From Candidatus Thorarchaeota archaeon (GTDB lineage: Archaea > Asgardarchaeota > Thorarchaeia > Thorarchaeales > Thorarchaeaceae), in NCBI GenBank assembly GCA_016840855.1, contig JAEORO010000041.1, positions 1-23,447 on the forward strand: a stretch of DNA of 23,447 nucleotides, given 5' to 3'. Shown one piece after another: positions 10,301 through 16,835 of this stretch (its first letter is position 1; every line of letters begins with the position of its first letter). The notes under the pieces are model-generated. The model was given only the letters and a program-made list of their open reading frames with translations. It made no database searches and was not told where the DNA came from. The position numbers were made by a program, and so were the translations under genes.

Positions 10301-12094
10301 GGAACCATGTTCAATTGAAAAAGAACGAGAATAGAATCCTACATTCTCAACAGGAGAACCGGATATTGAATCATTCACAAATGCTTGGACTCTCCATTCT
10401 CCAATTTCCGCAGAAAATGCGTCTAAACTGAGGTCAGTTGTTTCAGCAATCCCAGAGGAAACAACAGCATTCATTGTATTCCATAGTTCACCTAACGTAT
10501 TGTAAACATTAAATGTCACAATAGCACCATTGTATATTGAATCGAGATATGCTCGAAAACGAACATTATCATTGGCTCGATAAGTTTCAGTTTTAGTCCA
10601 CGCTGCACCACTTGACATTCTTAAATCTTGGATGATATTATCAGAATGTCCAGCAATCCTCCAGAAGCCATTTTGGTAAGTCCCAACTACTCCCTCGTAT
10701 ACTGAAATATTCAAACTATCTGAAGTTGCAGACCAGTATGGAAAATTAACTCCAGGAAAACGAGGCTGCGAAACCATGTCAATCGCGAGAGTGTTTGATT
10801 TACTTGCGTTGAAATAGAAGAAATTCGAGTATCCATTTGGAACAGCGATATAATAATATGTTAGCCATTGGACCTGACTTGCATTTGAAATTGTATAACG
10901 AGTCCCTAGGCTTTGAACATCAGCTTCGTACAAAGAAGATTGACCTACTTTTCTAGCATATACTGTCATGTCAACTGAAAATGTTACGCGAATATCTTGG
11001 TTAGGATTAGGATTGACTGGAGAAGGAGTCCAACTAAAAGTAGCATTTACAGCACTACCACTCCACGGTGTTGTTGTTGATTGCCAAACAGAGCCCAAAC
11101 TCCACAGCCAACTTAACCCATCTGAGGTATTGGTAACTGTTTTACCGTTCATTTTCAGATTAACTTGACTAGGAGTTACTCGAGATTTGACGAAGATCCT
11201 AACATCATCCATTCGGACTTCTGGATTAAGTTGAGGATTACATCCAAATGACCGAGTGGTTCTCATACCAACTTGCAGAACAAAGTTTGATGAAGTAATA
11301 AGCGATGGATCAGCTTCAACTAATCCTGTTGAGTACCATGTTGTTTTGGAAAGTACATCGCTGAATTGAATATTCCATAGGTGATTATCAACATCATCAT
11401 CATGTCCAACTTGTGCGTATAGCTCCCAAAAACCAATGGGGAGTCCACCCCATAAATCATCAACATAGTATCTTAGAGATACCCCTACCCAAGTCACCTC
11501 GCCCCGATTAGTATTAATGGTCTGTTCTGCAAATGCCCTATCACCAAGATCGTGTCGGTAATAGTTATTGTCATAGATTCCACTCATAGTGAATCTAACA
11601 TAACCACCAGTTATTGTAGAAGTAATAGGGTTTGAATGGGTGGGAAGATCATCAGTACCTAATGTCCAATCCGCTGTGGAGTCAAAACCCGGATTGGTAA
11701 GCCAAGTTCGATTCTCTTGAAGATCACTCACATTGATGAACATGTCAGTACCCTCCCAGAGAGGACCCAGAGGAACTGACACTGCTTGCGTCGTTGTTGT
11801 GTTTGAGGTATAGTAAGCTAGGTCTAAATCATCAAAATGATTTGTCCGCTGACCATATTCTGAAACTACAAGAGGAGATCCTTCGCCTTGGATGGTAGTC
11901 GGAATCTCAGAAAGTGAGAAAGTTTCAAGAACCTCATCAGGACCTACTTCTATGAATTGACCGTTGCCAACATCAACCACTCGTGAGGGTTGAGAATTTG
12001 ATTGATGGATGTTTGAATTTGTTCCAATCAAACCAAAACTCAAGATGAGGGATGTTATCACAAAAAGGAGGCTCAAGTTCTTTTTCACTTTCAT
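4385..12094 (-). CDS. Giant type I membrane cell-surface protein A (2569 aa): signal peptide, beta-rich jelly-roll-like head, MG2-like domain, ~17 Ig-like repeats, TM helix, ~190-aa helical cytoplasmic tail
   Basis: N-terminus MKVKKNLSLLFVITSLILSFGLIG. Recurring ~100-aa unit (PxYG...YxDxD...I.GA...G.Y.....T). Hydrophobic ISTILVLLIAALGALYF followed by a basic stretch (positive-inside). Many N-x-S/T sequons. SD GTGAGGAG lies 8 nt upstream. Confidence 0.95.
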   Translation of the reverse strand: MKVKKNLSLLFVITSLILSFGLIGTNSNIHQSNSQPSRVVDVGNGQFIEVGPDEVLETFSLSEIPTTIQGEGSPLVVSEYGQRTNHFDDLDLAYYTSNTTTTQAVSVPLGPLWEGTDMFINVSDLQENRTWLTNPGFDSTADWTLGTDDLPTHSNPITSTITGGYVRFTMSGIYDNNYYRHDLGDRAFAEQTINTNRGEVTWVGVSLRYYVDDLWGGLPIGFWELYAQVGHDDDVDNHLWNIQFSDVLSKTTWYSTGLVEADPSLITSSNFVLQVGMRTTRSFGCNPQLNPEVRMDDVRIFVKSRVTPSQVNLKMNGKTVTNTSDGLSWLWSLGSVWQSTTTPWSGSAVNATFSWTPSPVNPNPNQDIRVTFSVDMTVYARKVGQSSLYEADVQSLGTRYTISNASQVQWLTYYYIAVPNGYSNFFYFNASKSNTLAIDMVSQPRFPGVNFPYWSATSDSLNISVYEGVVGTYQNGFWRIAGHSDNIIQDLRMSSGAAWTKTETYRANDNVRFRAYLDSIYNGAIVTFNVYNTLGELWNTMNAVVSSGIAETTDLSLDAFSAEIGEWRVQAFVNDSISGSPVENVGFYSRSFSIEHGSDMYIAYPRESILTWERNLTYGQDMLLQIGVNDSDNGFLLPGGSASYNWTTGTHPLNDMGTGEYSVVLNTGDLGLPGRYVISITWSKTYFDPLQRFFVINVVEKTTLKSASAPGVQVPRGDNAILQLFYADSEGDGIDNAALYCNWTDSSYSIDPVIGDPGNYTLTITTNNSDLDTYAIIVTAQKDYYITSKVLLFVEVRQIFTSVSVSQSILALPVGYQETITLTYWDTDHDLPISGAESSISCNWSDYNIVMSAPGEYDITFNSLDSDPIQGFTVVFDVNRFAYQNHTFDIGINIVTHLTSLSLDNPIEPTPYTGQITIYVLYFDITTQTGIIGNDVLIYAEAPGIPLLQFTVVNGSQQGQYIIRIGADQWGSIGWKDIVVYANWTGPQPKHDNKVLNVRARVAGSPTDLYIGINPIATPYGENITFSVVYWDVSNSTGVTNSTGAYPLNVHFFIDVLTPGQTLTQSLMAITELGNGEYRISFDTIYLSGIIGCQLRIYANWTDGQLPLYENRTLAITVFTRYRQTSVLWSPLPTVPYGDEVNLTFSYIDVLSGSRIPDDAQLSYEVQEVGLLIASTYLAGTQQFVLTLDTTWWNNVGTYTFHLDVEWSGSPYYQNRTNIQISISIRNRYTNLEHGSYTSIQYGNELIIIFTYRDLDGQSLLSTGTLTLDASLTGFYDVDNNMDGTYTVTLDTSVFPSLGIFTVNASIAYTGTNFCYNANDFFYLTLIQRRTQLTSEVPSLAVFLEEAVIIVSYIDDNTYASILGATITATCVNATLQLGINYWVDALPSGDYRIRISTLALGNFGQYTITVSASKAGVPFYRSRIIDVSIDVVRRYATISVTRSPLTTPFLEIVEFQITVVDDVNGTRIPLTKSVLTLTHGGSTQILDSEYTLTDQNGFYLISFSSTLLTSELVDAYPITILFHWGDVTPYYDNSTTTTQVTISTRFTQASVLSTPPAYYFFNISTLIYYSDYLTGSGIAGADVSVGSVNSTSFTSWISDKGDGTYQILVDTTTLYGLGRYYFTVNISWYGTPFYTNVTNLSFSVVVNSVSTTLSFTLPQGVIYYLGDEIHANITYTAIEFGVGIPDANITSNWNSTYPTIATISMIDIGVYEMIIQTSGMDAGLYSFSISASKYLHQNKTILADILLAAVPVQIELSFVPTNPLWGDPIDFQANITDARNGSPIDGAYVNLTISSIAVNMTSVGSGLYTCTIQSWQIGAGEYTITVSSFLLNYETRQRDFQIRIDKIASKISGSLDPLSTVNGLPVRIEIDYLLYSNSSPIVDGLVTYSWIGGSGQLVWSVLDGKYVVEFIVSGVPVGTHQILIQASSANYKSRSMQLTIEITELSTSLIAISDFIVTVNYRDLANITVYLNNTDLNTFVSEAILSFGVGPLVGNLSELATPGYYCALIDTTPLGVQEWTVIISSAKPGYTPSSIQFTLAVEVVETDIVLITSATLNAYYGEEVTFRLFFNDTHSNEGIPGAITNYTLEQFKGSLIDYGNGTYSLTLNTSLVRAGSIPHDISVSFRKENFRFASTLLKLLVNPIRTIIMGELEAEFAVYDDYTMLFGFWDDLNGEWIEDGLATAYWEFGTVQLTNLHNGSYAFGPDEANLATPLQDRASPYQIRISISRGNYSRGEIEFFLTIREIATELTTTALPSLIFVGRVFLINVTYFDTDHSIAISDAEITVVSRSSLATSDLIHETSLDINHGNGTYTLAFRAPDLAYYRLQIIFSKNDYQSATVEFDIYTDLSPEQEALVSGFRISTILVLLIAALGALYFRVLSVPKLLRIIRRMIRTLERRMIPKPADVPLRRSMLLAMMNEDLKKVGIMKTVDDISLSTVDVTIMDVEQLLEQLATVVGLTPDDIDTLRQDLDKMRPSERAGFINEVLKQERSRRARELAEAEKIVEEGAPSEVVEERLSEEELLHLRERLIKMGIEETEADLMIEQARNLSKSEIEALLEEIGGMDE
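4397..4403 (-). promoter_or_regulatory. Shine-Dalgarno site (AGGAGGG) for gene B, embedded in the last codons of gene A
   Basis: Minus strand reads AT-AGGAGGG-ATGGACGA-ATG(A), with an 8-nt spacer to ATG 4388. Confidence 0.75.
5055..10310 (-). repeat. About 17 tandem ~100-105 aa Ig-like (beta-sandwich) repeats in protein A; protein-level repeats, diverged at DNA level; boundaries approximate
   Basis: 17 repeat starts counted by eye, from LTYGQDMLLQIGVNDSDNG, VPRGDNAILQLFYADSEGD and LPVGYQETITLTYWDTDHD through to IFVGRVFLINVTYFDTDHS. Confidence 0.8.
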
Positions 12095-12102
12095 AGGTAG
12101 AT

Positions 12103-12110
12103 CTCCTCAC
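12103..12110 (-). promoter_or_regulatory. Shine-Dalgarno site (GTGAGGAG) for gene A
   Basis: Lies 8 nt upstream of ATG 12094. Confidence 0.7.
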
Positions 12111-12127
12111 TGATATGAATAAGACCA

Positions 12128-12147
12128 AGTCGACTGGTTAGTTGACT
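12128..12147. promoter_or_regulatory. Candidate operator AGTCGACT-GGTT-AGTTGACT upstream of gene A
   Basis: Two near-identical palindromic octamers separated by 4 nt, 34-53 nt upstream of the gene A start. Confidence 0.3.
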
Positions 12148-12196
12148 AGTGTTTTACCTGTATATGAATAGATGTAGCATATAGAAATCGTCAAGT

Positions 12197-12214
12197 CTTT
12201 CGATTTTTCGAAAG
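12197..12214. terminator. Perfect 7-bp inverted repeat CTTTCGA-TTTT-TCGAAAG; possible terminator or protein-binding site
   Basis: Lies ~22 nt downstream of the metzincin stop codon. There is no strong U-tract after it on the minus strand. Confidence 0.25.
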
Positions 12215-12236
12215 TTGTCAGATTAAAGATAGAGTG

Positions 12237-14390
12237 TTATATCGTACACGACATCACTTTTCTTTTCATAGCATAAACTCCAAGAGCAATTACGATGCAA
12301 GCTGTCGTTGCAGCTATAACTAGTGGAAATAGCCAATCAGGAGGATTCTGTACTTGAGCGAGAATGTTTCTTCTCGCCACATTCATACCCCAGTCCCATG
12401 CTTCAATCCAAATTGTCAGATTTGAAGTGTGACTAGGCACTTGAGCTATCACGGTCCAATTGTTTCCGTTAAAAGACATCGGAAATGCCTTGATGGCGCC
12501 TTCGTCAGCTTGGATATATAATGTAACATTTTCAATACCAGAAAAGTCATCAGTCACATATGTCCAACAAAGAAACTCTTCAGATTCTACTTCTTCAGGT
12601 ATTGTTCCCCACGCATGAATCACAGGGGGAACCAGGTCTGAGATAGAAAAAAGGTATCGTCTAATCCAATCTTTGGCAACTAAAAGTGCATCATAAGTTC
12701 CACGCCAATCCATCTCATTGTAGCATACTTGTGCAATTTCAAAGGCGTTGGATACATGCTGTTCAGCAAATTCGGTTTCAGGTCTATCTTCTGTTGTAAG
12801 TGGTCTATTCAAAAATTCTTCCCAGAGTCCTCCTTCCATCTGATCTAAATATGTGCTCTGAACCCAGTTCTTGTCAAAGGTTGATGTCCCATTGTGGTAA
12901 GCAAAATAGCCCATTGGCCCCCATGAAAAATCACTTGAATAATGTTCATGCTGCCATGAATGATGAAACCCGATTGCATGCATAGTTTCATGAAGTTGTA
13001 CTGATGATATCCCATCTTTGGGTGTTACACCATCAGATCGATAATACCGTTCCCATGATTTCCAAATGACAGTTTGACCATCCCCTCCTAACCCGGTGAA
13101 TGTTCCGTTATACGCATGCATCTCCATCTGTTTCTTGATGAAAACAACTCCAAACACTGTGATATTACCATCTTCAACCACGTATGCGGGTTTCATAGAA
13201 TTGTAGATTGCATAAAACATGTCAGTACCATTAACAACAGTAGTTCCATCAGGTTCAATGGCTGCATAAGTCCAGAATAGTGAATTCCAGAGAGGTTCTT
13301 TGTCAATATCGTAATAGTCAATATCGACAGTCCAATCAATAAATGGATAGAGCTCTTCAAGGTGAGACTTTTGCATTTCTGAGTTTGTAATCCATTCAAG
13401 ACTTTCAATAGATGTTCCATTTGCTACATCCATGCAAAACACGAGAGACTTCAAGGTTCCTGTAGAAACATAACTGGCAGGTTGATGTTGGTACGGGAAG
13501 AATAGTTGTGTAATTGGATCCCAGATACACTCCCTCAAGTACACATTGAGAGCATCAACATCTACAGGAATTGTCAAATTCAGAGTTCCCACTTTGTCCT
13601 CGAGGTCTTGAGTCCAGAAATCATACTCTGTACCGATATTTTCACTCCACCAAATTCGACACCATTTCAAATACCATTGGTGAGCACTAGGGTCTATAAT
13701 GTATGAGTTGTAACGTCCACCAAAGAATGGATGGTCCATAGTAACATTGGGATTGAGTGCATTATCCCATTCTAAACGGAACCAATCTTGTTCTTCTCCT
13801 GTATCAGGATCAACAGGATGGTAGTCATACCAATGCTCGAGACTGTGATCAGCACTATCAAATGTAGAGAAGTTAACAAGGTATAGTGTGTATCCCGGAT
13901 TTGGAGGAAGCACGAATGGATTTTCCTCTAGCCAATCTTCAACGGCATAACCATCAATAACACGACCATCTCGAGGAAAGAATATCCTTTGTGGCTCATC
14001 AGGGTTATTCTTTTGGTAGGACAGCGCAGTCTCATCAAGTCTAGTTCCTGTGCTAGTCCCATTCTTTGAATTATCTTGCATCACTTGGCGAAGTTCATCA
14101 AAATAGCTGTTGTCTGCATAATAGATGTTATAGTTGATAGTATATGTAATTTCAGCAGTATCAGTAGCGTAGTATCTGACTGTAGGTAACCCCTGTAGCA
14201 GAATCGGCTCATCAATCATAGTTGGATTATACCCCACCACTATGATATTAGCATACCAATCTCTCACAATCGGGATAGGTTCTGGAGGAGGAAGATAAAT
14301 TTCAGTACTTCTTGGAATAGGTCTTTCAATAACAGCAGGAACTGTGACTAAAAGGAGAAATACAATGCCAAGAACAAGAGTGGTACGCAT
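12237..14390 (-). CDS. Secreted, C-terminally membrane-anchored metzincin-type zinc metalloprotease (717 aa)
   Basis: Signal peptide MRTTLVLGIVFLLLVTVPA. HETMHAIGFHHS fits HExxHxxGxxH (12960-12992). Candidate Met-turn WGPMGY. Ig-like DLVPPVI...IEAWDWGMN domain. C-terminal TM LFPLVIAATTACIVIALGVYAM followed by KRK. Confidence 0.88.
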   Translation of the reverse strand: MRTTLVLGIVFLLLVTVPAVIERPIPRSTEIYLPPPEPIPIVRDWYANIIVVGYNPTMIDEPILLQGLPTVRYYATDTAEITYTINYNIYYADNSYFDELRQVMQDNSKNGTSTGTRLDETALSYQKNNPDEPQRIFFPRDGRVIDGYAVEDWLEENPFVLPPNPGYTLYLVNFSTFDSADHSLEHWYDYHPVDPDTGEEQDWFRLEWDNALNPNVTMDHPFFGGRYNSYIIDPSAHQWYLKWCRIWWSENIGTEYDFWTQDLEDKVGTLNLTIPVDVDALNVYLRECIWDPITQLFFPYQHQPASYVSTGTLKSLVFCMDVANGTSIESLEWITNSEMQKSHLEELYPFIDWTVDIDYYDIDKEPLWNSLFWTYAAIEPDGTTVVNGTDMFYAIYNSMKPAYVVEDGNITVFGVVFIKKQMEMHAYNGTFTGLGGDGQTVIWKSWERYYRSDGVTPKDGISSVQLHETMHAIGFHHSWQHEHYSSDFSWGPMGYFAYHNGTSTFDKNWVQSTYLDQMEGGLWEEFLNRPLTTEDRPETEFAEQHVSNAFEIAQVCYNEMDWRGTYDALLVAKDWIRRYLFSISDLVPPVIHAWGTIPEEVESEEFLCWTYVTDDFSGIENVTLYIQADEGAIKAFPMSFNGNNWTVIAQVPSHTSNLTIWIEAWDWGMNVARRNILAQVQNPPDWLFPLVIAATTACIVIALGVYAMKRKVMSCTI

Positions 14391-14506
14391 GCTCTAACTT
14401 CTTCAATTAAATCATATTAACAAGCTGGTTCACGTGTCGATTCAAATTTGGCGCGTTTTGAATATATACGAACATATTATATTAGGAAATATGATTTCTC
14501 TGGGTA

Positions 14507-14624
14507 AATGCGTCGGTCACGACATACCACATCGGTTATCCTCGATACGCCTTCTTTGATTGTTACGTATGTGTCCGCAGGCTAGCGTAATAGTATAAAG
14601 ATCTCAAAAAACGACCGACGCATT
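14507..14624. repeat. 118-bp element bounded by a perfect 12-bp inverted repeat (AATGCGTCGGTC ... GACCGACGCATT)
   Basis: Arms at 14507-14518 and 14613-14624 are exact reverse complements. Further internal complementary segments are present. Confidence 0.7.
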
Positions 14625-14723
14625 CTCCTCACCATCTATTCTTTTCTTCTCTAACAACTTAGTGTCTTTCAGCTATTCTTAAATCGGACGTGAATTCCCT
14701 CGACTTCAGTCGGAGACACCTCA

Positions 14724-16160
14724 ATGACCCTAACTAAGAAACCCTCTATTGCTGAAATTCTGGACATAAAGTCAGTTGCAGTTGTCGGTGTATCTCCCAA
14801 CTTTGGCTACTACTGGGTATACTCAATGCTTCAATGGGAACACAACCTCAGGCTCTGGTTCATTTCTAGGCGAGGCGGCGAAATTCTAGGCCATAAGATA
14901 TTAACACAGATAGATGAAATCCCTGAGAAAATAGACTATGCAATCATTCGCGTTCCATATACGATCGTTCCTCAAACTTTGAGAGAGTGCTACAAACAAG
15001 GCGCGAAGGCTGTGACCATTTTTACTAGTGGATTTTCTGAATTAGGGACTGAAGAGGGCATGGAGCGAGAGAATGAGATTCGCAGGATACTGGATGAAAC
15101 AGGAATGAGGGCATTTGGTCCAAACTGCATGGGCTTGATGTACCCTAAAATTGGATTTGCATTTATGCCTACAATCAAAAGGTTGGCTGGAAACGTAGGA
15201 TTCCTTTCGCAATCGGGAGGTGTCGCAATCACCACCTATACAGCAGGTGTGGAATCAGGTGTAGGCTTTAGTAAAGTGTTCAGTTTTGGAAATCAGGTAG
15301 ATATAACTCCTCAAGAACTTCTAGATTTCTTTCGAGAGGATGCTGAAACAGAGGCAATTGGAGCATATTTAGAGGGAGTCAAGAATGGCAAGAAAATCCT
15401 AGATTCAATGAAGAAGCTGGCAGATAGAAAACCAATCGTCGTTTTGAAAGGTGGAAGGTCAACAGAGGGGTCTCGAGCAGCTGCCTCACATACTGGAGCA
15501 CTTGCTGGCAGCAGAGAGATATGGCAGGCAGCATTCCGCCAAGCAAATGTTGTAACAGTTAATACTGTCGAAGATTTGGTTGCTACTTTGAGTATTTTCT
15601 CTCTAAGCCCAAAACCAAAGACACGAAATGTGGGGCTCATCGCAATTAGTGGTGGAGCTAGTGTAATTCTAACAGATCTTTGCATTGAGAAGGGGCTCAA
15701 TGTGCCAAGGACTTCGGATGATACAATTAAAAAACTGGACCCACTAATTCTCGATGTTGGTACAGGTTTGGGGAATCCTATAGATCTTGCTGCGGATTAT
15801 TATCAAGATCAGACTACATCAGAAGTAATACGAATCGCTGGAGAAGATACAAACTTTGATTCATTGATAATCGAAGCTGATGTACATAATATGCATCAAG
15901 TAGCGACTATAATGGATGCAGCCGATGTACTAGTCGATTATTGGAAAGTTATGGCAAAGGCTGCGAAGACAGTCGTGAAAACGAAAAACAAACCAGTTCT
16001 AGTTGTCATTCCTGAAGTGGCATATCCAATTCCAAGAAATGACGCATGGAATATTTTTGTCGATCATGGACTTCCTGTATTTAGAAATATAACAGAAGCT
16101 GTAAGTGCTTTGTCCCGAGTTTGTGATTACTACGAAACCAAGGAAGAGCGAACGAATTAA
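14724..16160 (+). CDS. Acyl-CoA synthetase (ADP/NDP-forming) alpha-subunit-like CoA-binding protein (478 aa)
   Basis: KSVAVVGVS CoA-binding start, FTSGFSELG, GPNCMG, SQSGG, SFGNQVDI, YLEG, KGGRS, AASHTGALAG (phospho-His loop) and NPIDL. No ATP-grasp domain. Confidence 0.92.
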   Translation: MTLTKKPSIAEILDIKSVAVVGVSPNFGYYWVYSMLQWEHNLRLWFISRRGGEILGHKILTQIDEIPEKIDYAIIRVPYTIVPQTLRECYKQGAKAVTIFTSGFSELGTEEGMERENEIRRILDETGMRAFGPNCMGLMYPKIGFAFMPTIKRLAGNVGFLSQSGGVAITTYTAGVESGVGFSKVFSFGNQVDITPQELLDFFREDAETEAIGAYLEGVKNGKKILDSMKKLADRKPIVVLKGGRSTEGSRAAASHTGALAGSREIWQAAFRQANVVTVNTVEDLVATLSIFSLSPKPKTRNVGLIAISGGASVILTDLCIEKGLNVPRTSDDTIKKLDPLILDVGTGLGNPIDLAADYYQDQTTSEVIRIAGEDTNFDSLIIEADVHNMHQVATIMDAADVLVDYWKVMAKAAKTVVKTKNKPVLVVIPEVAYPIPRNDAWNIFVDHGLPVFRNITEAVSALSRVCDYYETKEERTN

Positions 16161-16162
16161 TA

Positions 16163-16771
16163 CTATACCTTAACAATCCAAGTCACTAGTTCAGCGTTCA
16201 TTGAGTTTTCATTAATGAATGAATCTCGATAAGTAGGATTACTAAGTGCAAACCAAACATATTGCATTTCAAAATCAAAGCCAATAATTTTGAATGATGC
16301 TTCTAGAGCGGATGGTTGAAATGAAACGTAAACGAAAACGAGTGAAAGAATGAGAATGAGTAAGTAAGAATAAACCCAAGAGCTTACTGGTCGTCCAGCC
16401 CAATAGTCAGCACCTGCATAGAAAAGAGCAAAAATCGAAGCACCAGCTACAATTGAAGCAATGATTGTGGAAAGACTTCGCATCCTCATTTCTGCATTAT
16501 CTGAAATCGAATGATCTTCGCATACTTCCACAAGGAAACTTTTACTCATATCGTTTGTTTGATGGTTTTTCCCATATGGATTCAAATAAGAGTCCAAGCC
16601 AGGACGAAGCCAAATCTTATGTCCAGGATTTGCAAATATTCGCGTAGTTTTGGACGTCTGAGCTCCACAGACAGGACATATTTTTGGAAATCTAACTCTA
16701 CTAACCTTTGTTCTTACGATTGGTTCATCGAAATAAAGCCGATGTCTTGGTAGAGTCAAAGGTTTCATCAC
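16163..16771 (-). CDS. Hypothetical membrane protein with a CxxC...CxxH zinc-finger-like motif and two TM helices (~201 aa; start GTG 16771 or ATG 16768)
   Basis: CPVC and CEDH motifs. Hydrophobic segments IIASIVAGASIFALFYA and VYSYLLILILSLVFVYVSF. Confidence 0.8.
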   Translation of the reverse strand: MMKPLTLPRHRLYFDEPIVRTKVSRVRFPKICPVCGAQTSKTTRIFANPGHKIWLRPGLDSYLNPYGKNHQTNDMSKSFLVEVCEDHSISDNAEMRMRSLSTIIASIVAGASIFALFYAGADYWAGRPVSSWVYSYLLILILSLVFVYVSFQPSALEASFKIIGFDFEMQYVWFALSNPTYRDSFINENSMNAELVTWIVKV

Positions 16772-16835
16772 CAGCTGTGATTAGCTTCGAAAATGGGTAA
16801 TTTAGTCTATCGAAGAAGGTAACTATTTTAAGACT

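Noticed and set aside
4385-12094. Protein A as a true alpha-2-macroglobulin, cadherin or integrin
   Set aside because: No CGEQ thioester, no cadherin LDRE/DxNDN motifs (only DxD-like turns), and no FG-GAP or vWA motifs were seen.
14507-14624. 5S rRNA or tRNA (about 120 nt with paired ends)
   Set aside because: It lacks the conserved 5S CCGAAC loop and tRNA T-loop/cloverleaf features on either strand.
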